Assembly (NCBI GenBank): GCA_032718475.1
Contig: JAUCBJ010008604.1
Location: forward strand, 1 to 64,000
Length of the DNA: 64,000 nt
From: Nemertoderma westbladi
Lineage: Eukaryota; Animalia; Xenacoelomorpha
Direction of reading: 5' to 3'
Shown: positions 1 to 9,655 of the stretch, in pieces
Position numbering within the stretch: position 1 is the stretch's first letter
How the letters are laid out: each line of letters opens with the position of its first letter
Notes under the pieces: model-generated
What the model was told of the DNA's origin: nothing
Databases searched by the model: none
The model's input: the letters and a program-made list of their open reading frames with translations, nothing else
Position numbers and translations under genes: made by a program

Positions 1-1
1 G

Positions 2-3000
2 TGCCTAAAGTATCTACAAGTGTACACGGGAGGCCCAGCATACGATATCGTGAGGCAATACCAAGGAATAGAGGGCGGCTTCACGACAGCATGGCGGGCA
101 CTGGATAGGGAATACGGGCACCCGGCCAAGATCATCAGGCAGACGCTGAGAGGCATAACATCGGGTGGCCTACAGGATAATCCCGTTAGCATTAAGACGT
201 TTGCTAACAAAGTCGAGAAGGCACTGATCGTGCTGAAGACGCTAGACGCGCCATACGAGCTCAACGCGTCCAATAACATCACCACGATAGCGCAGGCACT
301 ACCGAGCTGGCTGCGCAACAAATGGAGGAAGGTCGCTTTCTCCACCCGAGACAAGAAGGGTGCGGAACCAGGTTTAGAAGAAATGTCAAACTTCTTAAAT
401 TACGAGGCTGAACTAATAACGGACCCAGTCTATAGTGAAGATAGCCTGGGAAAGGGACCAAAGGCAGATCACTACAGGCCCAAACCAGAGCACAATACAT
501 CGAACGCGTTACCGAGACTCAGGCAATCATTGCCATATGCAGCGACGCAGGGGACTGCAAGTCCACAGGCAAGCGAAGATAGGACAACATCAAGGGACGG
601 ACAGGGGAACAATAACAACATGAATAAACATAACCCCAGTACGTCCAGTAGGTCAAACCCAGTCAATAAGAATAGTAGGGACTTTGGTACAAACATAACT
701 GCGATACGCAATGCATTGTATAAAGAGGGCTACGACCCAAAAAGCAAGTGCCAGTTACACGCAAATGCGCTTCATAAAACCATGAACTGTAGGTACTGGC
801 AAGCGCTACCGAGGCAAGACCAGATAGATTACGCGTCGAGCAATAAAATCTGCTCGCGATGTGTGAAGAGTGGACACAAGGCCAGGGAATGCCAAGAGAA
901 GCCGGTCAAGTTTGGCCAAAGGAGAGGCCAGACGATGGCAACAAGCACAATAGGGGCGAAGAAGAGAGGAACAGTGCTACTTGGAGTAGTACCAGTGCGA
1001 GTGATCGGAGAAGGCAATCGATCAGTAACAACACTAATGCTGGTTGATAGTGGAGCTGCCTTCACATTAGTTGAGGAATGGGTAGCCGAAGAAATAGGGT
1101 TGAGAACGAGGCCAAGCAGGATGGCGGTGACAACCATCTCTAGCAAAGACGAGATCCTAGAGATGAGGACAGGACGGTGCGCAATTGCGGCAGTGGCACC
1201 AGGATGCGATTACGGGGCAACCATCGACCCCATCCAAGTAATAGAGTCAATTAACATCAATGCCAGGCGGCCAACCAACATCGAGGTCGAGCAATACAAA
1301 TTCCTGGACAACATTGACTTCTCAATCCCAAACGTGGACGTTAGGAAGGTATCCATCATAGTAGGCATGGACTGCCCAACGGCCCACGAGAGAATGCAGA
1401 CGGTCTTCGGCGAAGACAAGCAGAGCGACCCGGTGGCCATACTAACGCCATTCGGGTGGACGCTGAGTGGTCCAATTAAGAGCAAGATACCATTCAGGAT
1501 GTCGGAGACATCAGGATGCATGTTCGCGGGAACAATGCAGGAAATGGGTGACGAGGGAGCGGAGGAGCAGCTTAAAAGACTGCTCAGGCAGGACTTCGAG
1601 GGACTGAAAGAGACCGGAGTCGGGACCTCGGTAGAAGACAAGCAGGCTCTACAAAGTGTGGAGGAATCCATGACGTGTGATGAGGGGCGGTATACAATAG
1701 GAATGGTGTGGAAACTACCGAAGATACCGCTACCCGATAATAGAGGGATGGTACTCACGAGACTCCGCAAGCTGAAACAAACACTACAACGGAGCCCCGA
1801 GAAGAACGAGTACATTCACAAAACCATTAAGAAGTACGTCGAGAAAGGATGGGCCGTGGAGTTACCGGTCGACGAACCGAACACGGACAGGACATACTAC
1901 CTGCCACTCCACGTAGCTTTAGACCCAAAGAAAGGTAAACTTAGGATGGTAGTCGATGCATCGGCAAAGACCGACGGAAAGTGCTTAAACGATTACCTAC
2001 TAGAGGGCCCAAACATATACAATTCGGGCATAGAAGTACTACTTAGGTTTAGGAATGGGAAACACGCCTTCACGTGTGACATAGAAGGCATGTTCAACCA
2101 AGTCCGAGTAACAGAGGAAGATAGCGATAGTCAACGCTTCTTATGGTATAACGGCGAAGAAGAACCGCCTATAATACCGGCATATAAGATGGTAGTACAA
2201 AACATGGGAGCCAAGTCGTCCTCATTTACGACGACTATGGCAGTGAGAGACACGGTAAAGGGGAAGGAGGATAGATATAGCAGTAGGGCCGTCGACATGA
2301 TCAGACGCGGTTTCTACGTAGACGACGGCATGGAGTCTGGAAATACGGTTGAGGAGATACTGGAAACAGGGCGCGAGGTTCGCGACATCCTGAGAGGATC
2401 CGGCTTCAACCTGACCAAATTCCAATCCAGTTCAGAAGAATTTATCAGGGAAATAGAGGACAAGAAACCAGAATCGACCATGGACAACCCTACAACAGCC
2501 AAAGGACAGGACATGGCGATTAAGAGAACGGAATCCCAGCAGAAGGCGTTGGGAATCGTGTGGGATAGGAAAACAGACGAACTGAAGTATCAGCTGAGCC
2601 AGGAGGGCGCAGACACCCATACGAAGAGGGGTTACGTATCGTATATAGCAAGGATATACGATCCCTTAGGCCTAGCATCCCCATTACTAGTCACGGGGAA
2701 ACAGATACTCAAGAGAGTATATAAGTTGAAGGATGAGTGGGACGTAGAGGTACCAGAAGACATTAAGAAACAGTGGAGCAAATGGACAGGAGACTTGGAG
2801 AGGATGGGAACATACAACATGCCGCGAGTGTATTTCCCGGACGGGAACATGACGAATCTGGACCTACATATGTTCTCCGACGCGTCGTTAGAGGCATACG
2901 GAGCGGCACTCTATTTAGTACAACGAGAGGGGCCTCACAAGCCCAGACTAGCCTTTAGCAAAGCTAAGTCAACGCCGCCAGATTCAGCATCTGTTCCCAA

Positions 3001-4954
3001 GTTAGAATTGACAGCCGCGAGACTAGGAGTTAGAGCCACAGCCTACCTAGTGGATACAATTCCCAACATAGTGGAGACACACTACTGGACGGACTCCATG
3101 GTAGTGCTTGGTTGGCTACACAACGAAAAGACGAGGTACCCGATATTCGTCGCGAATAGAGTGGACGAAATAAGGGCGAGCACAGAATTGGAAAGGTGGC
3201 ACTACTGCCCAACAGACGAGAACCCAGCGGACTTGCTGTCGAGGGGCGTGGAACGCCACACTTTCTTAAAGAAAGAAGTATTGTGGCAACACGGGCCACA
3301 ATTTCTGAGCGATAGGGAGGCCTGGCCGCCGATGAGGAAGGTGGACCCGGGCTCGGAAGTAGTATCAGAAGGAGAAGAGGGAGATTCAGAGGGAGAAGAG
3401 ATATACTCCCAGATGGTGAGGGAGATCAGGGACGTGCAACCAGGAAGGGAACTGTGCGATAACCCGACGGATAAACTCCTCAGCTACAGTTCTAGTTGGT
3501 ATAAGACCAAGAAACTAGTGGCGTACTGGAGAGCCTTTGGGAATTTCCTTGCGGGAGTCGGCAAGGACAAGAAGACCAGGACAACCATAGATCTGGAAGG
3601 AGCGGCCAAGGCAGTCATCCGCTATGAACAACGCAAGAACTACGGCGACGAGGTGGAACGTGTCGGTAACCAACAACATCTCCGACGGGATAGCGAGTTG
3701 ATCACGCTGTCGCCACAACTCAACGAGGATGGGATCCTAGTAATGAATTCAAGGGTGGGATATAACAACAGTATAGTCGTGCCACCGAAACCCATCATCA
3801 TTCCCACAGGATCGCCTATAGTCCACCAGATCATATGGGACTCCCACAAATCGATACTGCATGGGGGCACCAACCGAACCCTCACAGAGATAAGGAGGAC
3901 CTATTGGGTCAAACAACTAAGGAAGAAGGTTAAAGCGGTAGTGGGGCAGTGCCAGACCTGCAGACGAGCGAAGAAGGAACGAGCCGTACAGGAGATGGCG
4001 CCACTACCGGCGAGTAGGGTAAGACAGCACGACCCGCCATTTACACATTGCGGTGTGGACATGTTCGGGCCGATAAAGATCAAGGTGATGCGACACACGG
4101 AGAAACGCTACGGTATTATCTTCGTATGCAACAATACGCGGGCGGTAGGGATAGAACTCGCCCAAGATGCAACCGCATCAGCCTTCATTAACGCCTTAGA
4201 AAGGTTTAGGGACCGCAAAGGTGGGACGATCGCAGTGATATATAGCGACAACGGCACCAACTTTGTGGGTGCAGAGAGTGAGATGGCAGAGGCCTTAGAC
4301 ATCTTGGAGGGAGAAGAAGTCAGGGCGGCCATGAGAAGACGACAAGTGAAGTGGGAGAGACGGACGCCGTATGCACCACATACACTAGGATGCGTCGAAA
4401 GACTGGTGGGCAGTTCGAAACGTCTAATGACGAAGCTGATGAACACCCACATGGTCACTGAAGACGTCTTACGGACGGTACTTGCAAAGTGCGAGGGGAT
4501 CATTAATAGCAGACCGCTATACCCGGAGAATGATGACCCTGAGTCACTAGACGTGTTGACGCCTAGCCATTTCCTGATGGAAAGGCCAGCGACCATAGAT
4601 ATGCGGGGTGTAGACCCAGATGATATACACTCCCGGCAAAGTTGGAAAGTAGCTAAAGCAATTAGCGCAGAGTATTGGAGGAGGTGGGTAGAAGAATACC
4701 TACCCACGCTCCATAAGCGAAGCAAGTGGAGGAAGCCAAACAGGGAGTTGAGAGAGGGAGATCTCGTAATCGTCACGGATGATACTATCATCAACAACCA
4801 ATGGCGGTTGGCGAGAGTTGTAGGCACCTACTCCGACGAGGACGGAAGAGTCCGATCGGTAGAAGTGCGGATAGGTGGAAAGATAGGTGCGAAAGACAGG
4901 AAAACCTACAGGAGAGCAGTAGGTAAATGCTGTCTCCTAGAAGGGGCACCTTAA
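2..4954 (+). CDS. BEL/Pao Gag-Pol polyprotein, 5'-truncated by window edge
   Basis: Frame is open from base 2. DUF1759-like gag, Cys-His motifs (CSRCVKSGHKAREC), aspartic protease LVDSGA, RT (CDIEGMFNQV, FYVDD), Pao RNase H (FSDASLEAYGA, YWTDS, NPADLLSRG), integrase (H..LHGG, CQTC, GVDMFGP, SDNGTNF, VERLV) and DUF5641-like end (YWRRWVEEYLPTL, DEDGRVRSVEV). No internal stops. Confidence 0.97.
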   Translation, partial: CLKYLQVYTGGPAYDIVRQYQGIEGGFTTAWRALDREYGHPAKIIRQTLRGITSGGLQDNPVSIKTFANKVEKALIVLKTLDAPYELNASNNITTIAQALPSWLRNKWRKVAFSTRDKKGAEPGLEEMSNFLNYEAELITDPVYSEDSLGKGPKADHYRPKPEHNTSNALPRLRQSLPYAATQGTASPQASEDRTTSRDGQGNNNNMNKHNPSTSSRSNPVNKNSRDFGTNITAIRNALYKEGYDPKSKCQLHANALHKTMNCRYWQALPRQDQIDYASSNKICSRCVKSGHKARECQEKPVKFGQRRGQTMATSTIGAKKRGTVLLGVVPVRVIGEGNRSVTTLMLVDSGAAFTLVEEWVAEEIGLRTRPSRMAVTTISSKDEILEMRTGRCAIAAVAPGCDYGATIDPIQVIESININARRPTNIEVEQYKFLDNIDFSIPNVDVRKVSIIVGMDCPTAHERMQTVFGEDKQSDPVAILTPFGWTLSGPIKSKIPFRMSETSGCMFAGTMQEMGDEGAEEQLKRLLRQDFEGLKETGVGTSVEDKQALQSVEESMTCDEGRYTIGMVWKLPKIPLPDNRGMVLTRLRKLKQTLQRSPEKNEYIHKTIKKYVEKGWAVELPVDEPNTDRTYYLPLHVALDPKKGKLRMVVDASAKTDGKCLNDYLLEGPNIYNSGIEVLLRFRNGKHAFTCDIEGMFNQVRVTEEDSDSQRFLWYNGEEEPPIIPAYKMVVQNMGAKSSSFTTTMAVRDTVKGKEDRYSSRAVDMIRRGFYVDDGMESGNTVEEILETGREVRDILRGSGFNLTKFQSSSEEFIREIEDKKPESTMDNPTTAKGQDMAIKRTESQQKALGIVWDRKTDELKYQLSQEGADTHTKRGYVSYIARIYDPLGLASPLLVTGKQILKRVYKLKDEWDVEVPEDIKKQWSKWTGDLERMGTYNMPRVYFPDGNMTNLDLHMFSDASLEAYGAALYLVQREGPHKPRLAFSKAKSTPPDSASVPKLELTAARLGVRATAYLVDTIPNIVETHYWTDSMVVLGWLHNEKTRYPIFVANRVDEIRASTELERWHYCPTDENPADLLSRGVERHTFLKKEVLWQHGPQFLSDREAWPPMRKVDPGSEVVSEGEEGDSEGEEIYSQMVREIRDVQPGRELCDNPTDKLLSYSSSWYKTKKLVAYWRAFGNFLAGVGKDKKTRTTIDLEGAAKAVIRYEQRKNYGDEVERVGNQQHLRRDSELITLSPQLNEDGILVMNSRVGYNNSIVVPPKPIIIPTGSPIVHQIIWDSHKSILHGGTNRTLTEIRRTYWVKQLRKKVKAVVGQCQTCRRAKKERAVQEMAPLPASRVRQHDPPFTHCGVDMFGPIKIKVMRHTEKRYGIIFVCNNTRAVGIELAQDATASAFINALERFRDRKGGTIAVIYSDNGTNFVGAESEMAEALDILEGEEVRAAMRRRQVKWERRTPYAPHTLGCVERLVGSSKRLMTKLMNTHMVTEDVLRTVLAKCEGIINSRPLYPENDDPESLDVLTPSHFLMERPATIDMRGVDPDDIHSRQSWKVAKAISAEYWRRWVEEYLPTLHKRSKWRKPNRELREGDLVIVTDDTIINNQWRLARVVGTYSDEDGRVRSVEVRIGGKIGAKDRKTYRRAVGKCCLLEGAP

Positions 4955-5069
4955 ATTAGAGTTAGTGTGAAGTTTAGTCGTCCAAGTTTTGGACTGAGGG
5001 GGGTGGGATTGAGGGCGAGACGCCCTTCCCACACAAATAAAATAAAATAAAATAAAAAATAAATAAAAG

Positions 5070-5895
5070 TTAGTTAGTTAGTAGGTACGTAGTACCTAGA
5101 GTTAGTTAGTTAGTAGGTACGTAGTACCTAGAGTTAGTTAGTTAGTAGGTACGTAGTACCTAGAGTTAGTTAGTTAGTAGGTACGTAATGCCTAGATAGA
5201 GTTAGAGGGTAGGTAGTACCGATAGTTAGAGTTAGTAGGTACGTAGTACCTAGTAAGTTAGTTAGTTAGTAGGTACGTAGTACCTAGTTAGAGTTAGAGG
5301 GTACGTAATGCCTAGATAGAGTTAGAGGGTAGGTAGTACCGGTAGTTAGAGTTAGTAGGTACGTAGTACCTAGTTAGAGTTAGAGTTAGTAGGTACGTAG
5401 TACCGATAGTTAGAGTTAGTAGGTACGTAGTACCTAGTTAGAGTTAGAGTTAGTGGGTACGTAGTACCTAGCTAGAGTTACAGGGTACGTAATGCCTAGA
5501 TAAGGTTAGAGGGTAGGTAGTACCGATAGTTAGAGTTAGTAGGTACGTAGTACCGATAGTTAGAGTTAGTAGGTACGTAGTACCTAGTTAGAGTTAGAGT
5601 TAGTGGGTACGTAGTACCTAGTTAGAGTTAGAGGGTACGTAATGCCTAGATAGAGTTAGAGGGTAGGTAGTACCGATAGTTAGAGTTAGTAGGTACGTAG
5701 TACCTAGTTAGAGTTAGAGTTAGTGGGTACGTAGTACCTAGTTAGAGTTAGAGGGTACGTAATGCCTAGATAGAGTTAGAGGGTAGGTAGTACCGATAGT
5801 TAGAGTTAGTAGGTACGTAGTACCTAGTTAGAGTTAGAGTTAGTAGGTACGTAGTACCTAGAGTTAGAGTTAGAGAGGGTACGTAGTACCACTAG
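5070..5895 (+). repeat. Tandem array of about 27 palindromic units (TAGGTAC-GTA-GTACCTA and variants) with GTTAG/GAGTTAG spacers, period about 30 bp
   Basis: Counted by eye. A 120-bp higher-order repeat is visible (5581-5700 matches 5701-5820). Confidence 0.95.
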
Positions 5896-6406
5896 TTAGA
5901 GAGAGAGAGTAAGAGGCAAAAGGGGGTAAAAATAGGATATAGATATTAGTTAGGAGTAAGTAGAGTTAGTAGCGAGAGGGGGGCATATGAGTGCAGCTGG
6001 ATAAATCGTGTGGCCACACGACGCATACTGCTGTACTGCATAGGCCCACTGATTAGGCCAGAATATGGATCAAAGAGAGAACAGAATAAATCCATAGGCA
6101 GTAGTAAGTAGTAGGACAGTAGAATCAAAGCAAAATAAATAAATAAATAGAATAGGGCTAAAAATCGGAAAATAGTGGTAACACAAGAAAAGTCGTTCTA
6201 GAACATAATAAAAGTAACGGACAGAAATCGTAAACTAGGCTGATTTACTAGCTCCGAAATTAATTAAATTAAATTAGGCTTGAAAGGCGCAGTTAAGTAG
6301 AAAAGTAGGCCATTATCGAACTGTAGGAAACATCTCAATACATCACTCATCTGTATTGCGCCTTGGTAAGGCACCACCCTGCAGGTGAGCGAGTGTAGTG
6401 TTCGGA

Positions 6407-8941
6407 ATGGCGAGTAAGCTGATCAGGAAGAGAAAGGCGGAGTCAGGAGGAAAAGAAATATTGGTGGATTTCACCGAAAGACACCCGGAGGAGAAGACGA
6501 GAGGATACTACGAGAGGTTGGAAAGGGGTCACGCGGCACGAGCGCTGCAGGATCACTTCCGGGAGGCGCACGAACAGCGGTTGGTCGGGACCTACGGGAC
6601 GCCGTCGCTGGATAACGCAATCTTCCAACACTTCCACTACGTAGTGAAAGGAGACGAGGCGAAGTTCGGGATTCCGAAGTATCCGAGGGAATCGCCGAGG
6701 AAGGACTGGAAAAGATTCATAGAGTCCGTCAACAGAGGAGGATATATGATCCTAGATGACGAGGGAACCGTGGAAGACGAAGCGGGATCGAGACGAGGAA
6801 CGGCAGGATCGGCCAGGACCATACTCTTGCATTTGGCAGCGCCAAATGGGGACATCTTCTTATTCGACTTAGGGACGTATGGGAAGAAGGACGGGCCGAA
6901 ATTAGACCGACTGCCGAAAGCGGTACAGGTCTTAGTAAGAGAGAAGTCGACGACGAAAGTGGGATCGGCGATTCGCGAGGACGCGGAGAGGATCATCGGT
7001 CCGGACGCCACCAACCTCCTGGATATGCAGAAAGTCTTTATGGCTATGACGGCACCGGATGGATTGGGGGTGGTCGAGAACTTAGGCCAATGCGGGGCGG
7101 TGGCGATGGGCCAATTATTGGGGCTCGTATGCCACAAACCAATGGATTGGGGGAAGTTTAGGGAAGAATACGGAGCAGAACTAGCGAACTCGCTGAAGTG
7201 GGGAGCGAGACCGGGAAAGCAGGAGGTATATCAGTTTCGCAGAGGAGCGATAAAGGTATATCAGAAGCGATATATCCTGCAGGAGGACTGGATGATGATA
7301 AGTTTACTTAACTTATTCATGACCGTAGTTATCGAAAGAGAACCAGGGGCATTTCTGTTATCGGGATCACCCCTAAGCTACAGGAGAGCCTTTAAGACGG
7401 CCTTTGACGGTCTGGTAGACCACCCGGGGCTGAAGGGCGAGTCGGTGTACTACAACAGCCGACATCTGGTAGATGGGGAGACGGATACACCGTATCAGAG
7501 ATGGGAGCAGCTAGAGATGGATAGACGGGAAGCAAAGCGACTGGAAGAAGTCGCTAGACGGGAGAGGATAGAAGCAGAGGAGAGGGAAGAGGAGGCCAGG
7601 ACACAGAGTTATGGCTTCGAGGAACAGGCGGGTCTAGACGAGCTTCATTGGACTTCGTCAGGGAGTTCGGGGGAGTCTCTAGGACGAGAATTGGGATGGA
7701 CGGTGGGATCGCCGAAACAGTCGACGTCGGGGTTGCAAACGATGCCCATACCAGCGGGCGCCGAGGGCGACCAACCGCCAAGGAAGTTAAGGGAGCTAGA
7801 GGGATGGAGAGCTACCGGCGAGAGCCAAGGCGGGAAGGGACATACTGGATCCATCGGGATACCGGGATTGGAGACGCTACCGGAAGAAGAGGACGACGAC
7901 GACGAATTCGGAGAGATACCGCCCATCGAAAGGATAGGCCACTCGGACACGGACTGGGTTGGCGGAAGGGTGGTGACGGCCAGTGGGGCAAGGGCCTTCT
8001 GGAACAGATCCGGCAAGCGGACCTGGGTGCACGAGGGGCCGGCGATGGATTTCGCGGGGAGCACCATCAGGTTGGGCGAGCAACCGGGGACGGCACCACG
8101 GATAGTATTCGGGGAGACGATGCCCGAGAGGGGCGGAGAGATAGACGTGAACAGGGAGAGCAACGTAGAGAAGTTCGCCTACCAGCGACTCCATAGACCG
8201 CGGAGATCGCTTGGGACGAAGGACGAGGTGGGACGCGAGACATTGGTACTCGGCTGCGACTACTGTGGGAGACAGACCCATCAGGAAAGCAGCTGCCTAT
8301 ACCGGTTCCAACGGGGAACCTTTTGTCTCTATTGTAGAGAACCAAGTCACAGGATGGGGGCGTGTCCACGGTTGCATAACCGATGTCCAAAGTGCCACTT
8401 TCGGGGACACTACGGACGCGAGTGCGACTGGATGAGCGACGAGGAGAAGTTCACGAGGTTCGAGGAGTGGGCCGACGTCGGGGCCATGACGCGCCAGCGC
8501 ATGAAGGCCCAAGAGTTCAAGTGGGGTTTCTTCCTCATAAACCAGGAGACCCACATGGAAATAATAAAGCGAAGGTTACCGTTTACCTATCAAGAGGTAG
8601 CTACGGCGGCATCGTTCGCCGGAGTTATGAACACGCAACGGTACCTGGACAGGTGGACACCAGAGAACCGGAGGGAGTTTAGGGATTTCTTGGCGGAACA
8701 CGTACCAAAGGCAATGAAGATGATCCTATGGGACGCCACACGAGGGAAACAACCAGGCCATTCTGAGGGGCCACCGGCGAAGCGGTATCGGGCTTTAATA
8801 ACACCAGCGCCCAAGGAGCCGACGACCGGGATCAGCAAGGAAGTGGCAGCGAAGGTCCGGAAGCAGAAAGCGGATGATGCCAGAGGAACAGTGATAACCA
8901 AGAAACGGGCCAGGGAGGAGGACGTGAGGAGGTACAGATGA
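6407..8941 (+). CDS. Retroelement ORF2: DEDDy (WRN/EXD/mut-7-like) 3'-5' exonuclease domain, coiled-coil and acidic linker, three CCHC zinc knuckles
   Basis: First ATG at 6407 (GGAATGG), in-frame TGA at 6386. ExoI-like YMILDDEG (D 6755, E 6761), LLHLAAPNGDIFLFDL, ExoII-like LPKAVQVLVREKSTTKVGSAIRED (D 6980), LLDMQ, ExoIII-like QKRYILQED (Y 7271). Knuckles CDYCGRQTHQESSC, CLYCREPSHRMGAC, CPKCHFRGHYGREC (8255-8425), all CX2CX4HX4C. The ORF is secure; the exonuclease call is by motif recognition only. Confidence 0.8.
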   Translation: MASKLIRKRKAESGGKEILVDFTERHPEEKTRGYYERLERGHAARALQDHFREAHEQRLVGTYGTPSLDNAIFQHFHYVVKGDEAKFGIPKYPRESPRKDWKRFIESVNRGGYMILDDEGTVEDEAGSRRGTAGSARTILLHLAAPNGDIFLFDLGTYGKKDGPKLDRLPKAVQVLVREKSTTKVGSAIREDAERIIGPDATNLLDMQKVFMAMTAPDGLGVVENLGQCGAVAMGQLLGLVCHKPMDWGKFREEYGAELANSLKWGARPGKQEVYQFRRGAIKVYQKRYILQEDWMMISLLNLFMTVVIEREPGAFLLSGSPLSYRRAFKTAFDGLVDHPGLKGESVYYNSRHLVDGETDTPYQRWEQLEMDRREAKRLEEVARRERIEAEEREEEARTQSYGFEEQAGLDELHWTSSGSSGESLGRELGWTVGSPKQSTSGLQTMPIPAGAEGDQPPRKLRELEGWRATGESQGGKGHTGSIGIPGLETLPEEEDDDDEFGEIPPIERIGHSDTDWVGGRVVTASGARAFWNRSGKRTWVHEGPAMDFAGSTIRLGEQPGTAPRIVFGETMPERGGEIDVNRESNVEKFAYQRLHRPRRSLGTKDEVGRETLVLGCDYCGRQTHQESSCLYRFQRGTFCLYCREPSHRMGACPRLHNRCPKCHFRGHYGRECDWMSDEEKFTRFEEWADVGAMTRQRMKAQEFKWGFFLINQETHMEIIKRRLPFTYQEVATAASFAGVMNTQRYLDRWTPENRREFRDFLAEHVPKAMKMILWDATRGKQPGHSEGPPAKRYRALITPAPKEPTTGISKEVAAKVRKQKADDARGTVITKKRAREEDVRRYR

Positions 8942-9617
8942 GTTCCCGGAGGCGAGGGAATGAGACTGAGACTGGGAGGTGGTGCGCCTGGAAGGCGCCG
9001 CATGTAACGTACGAACTATTAAATATAAATTTAATTAATGCAAATAACTATATAAGTGCAATTCGTATGTACGTACGTAGTGATTAGCAGTAAAATATAT
9101 ACGTTTGGAGTAAGTACTATAGTCATACAACCTTTCTCAACTAGCTACTGGGACTGGGGGACAATGACTATGGCACTATGGACGAGACAACTGACAATTT
9201 CACACTTCTTGAGTGCGGCGGCACGAGAGGGGGGGGAGGTTCGTCAGGAGAGATAAAAACAGTCAAAGTGGACTTGAGAATCGGAATAAGAGTGATAGAG
9301 TGAAGTGCGGAGAGAGTGCGAACGCAATCCTAGTGTGGGGGGGGGAGAATGAGAGGCTGAGTAAGGGACGAGGAGGTCCGGGGGTATGAGAGAGTTAGGG
9401 TGAGAGTGAAGGTGAGATAGGGCGAGAGTGTTGGGGAAACAAAAATCGCGTGAAGAGGTGAGCGCGATCGGCCCGACATGAGACGCCAGGCGTAAAGGGT
9501 AGCGTTATCATACCCAGAGGGAGCGGCCCGGAAAGCCGACTCCGAGAGAAAAGATTTCCACCCCACACCCGATGCTAGATCGGGATCCAGCGGGATTGTA
9601 GCGCACTTTTTTGGTTG

Positions 9618-9655
9618 ATGCTATCTTCTTACCGGGAAGATAGCATGGGGGGGAG
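9618..9655 (+). promoter_or_regulatory. Hairpin plus polypurine tract (plus-strand primer site)
   Basis: Perfect 11-bp inverted repeat ATGCTATCTTC/GAAGATAGCAT (9618-9646), then GGGGGGGAG (9647-9655), then TG. Confidence 0.8.

Noticed and set aside
5070-5895. CRISPR-like or telomeric (TTAGG) array
   Set aside because: Spacers are short and repetitive rather than unique, there are no cas genes, the context is eukaryotic, and the unit is not TTAGG.
6407-8941. ORF2 as env, or as gag of a second nested element
   Set aside because: No signal peptide or transmembrane helix, no capsid-like region recognised, no following pol and no separate LTR pair seen.
279-9003. Many antisense or alternative-frame ORFs over gag-pol and ORF2
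   Set aside because: Expected shadows of purine-biased coding sequence; no motifs.
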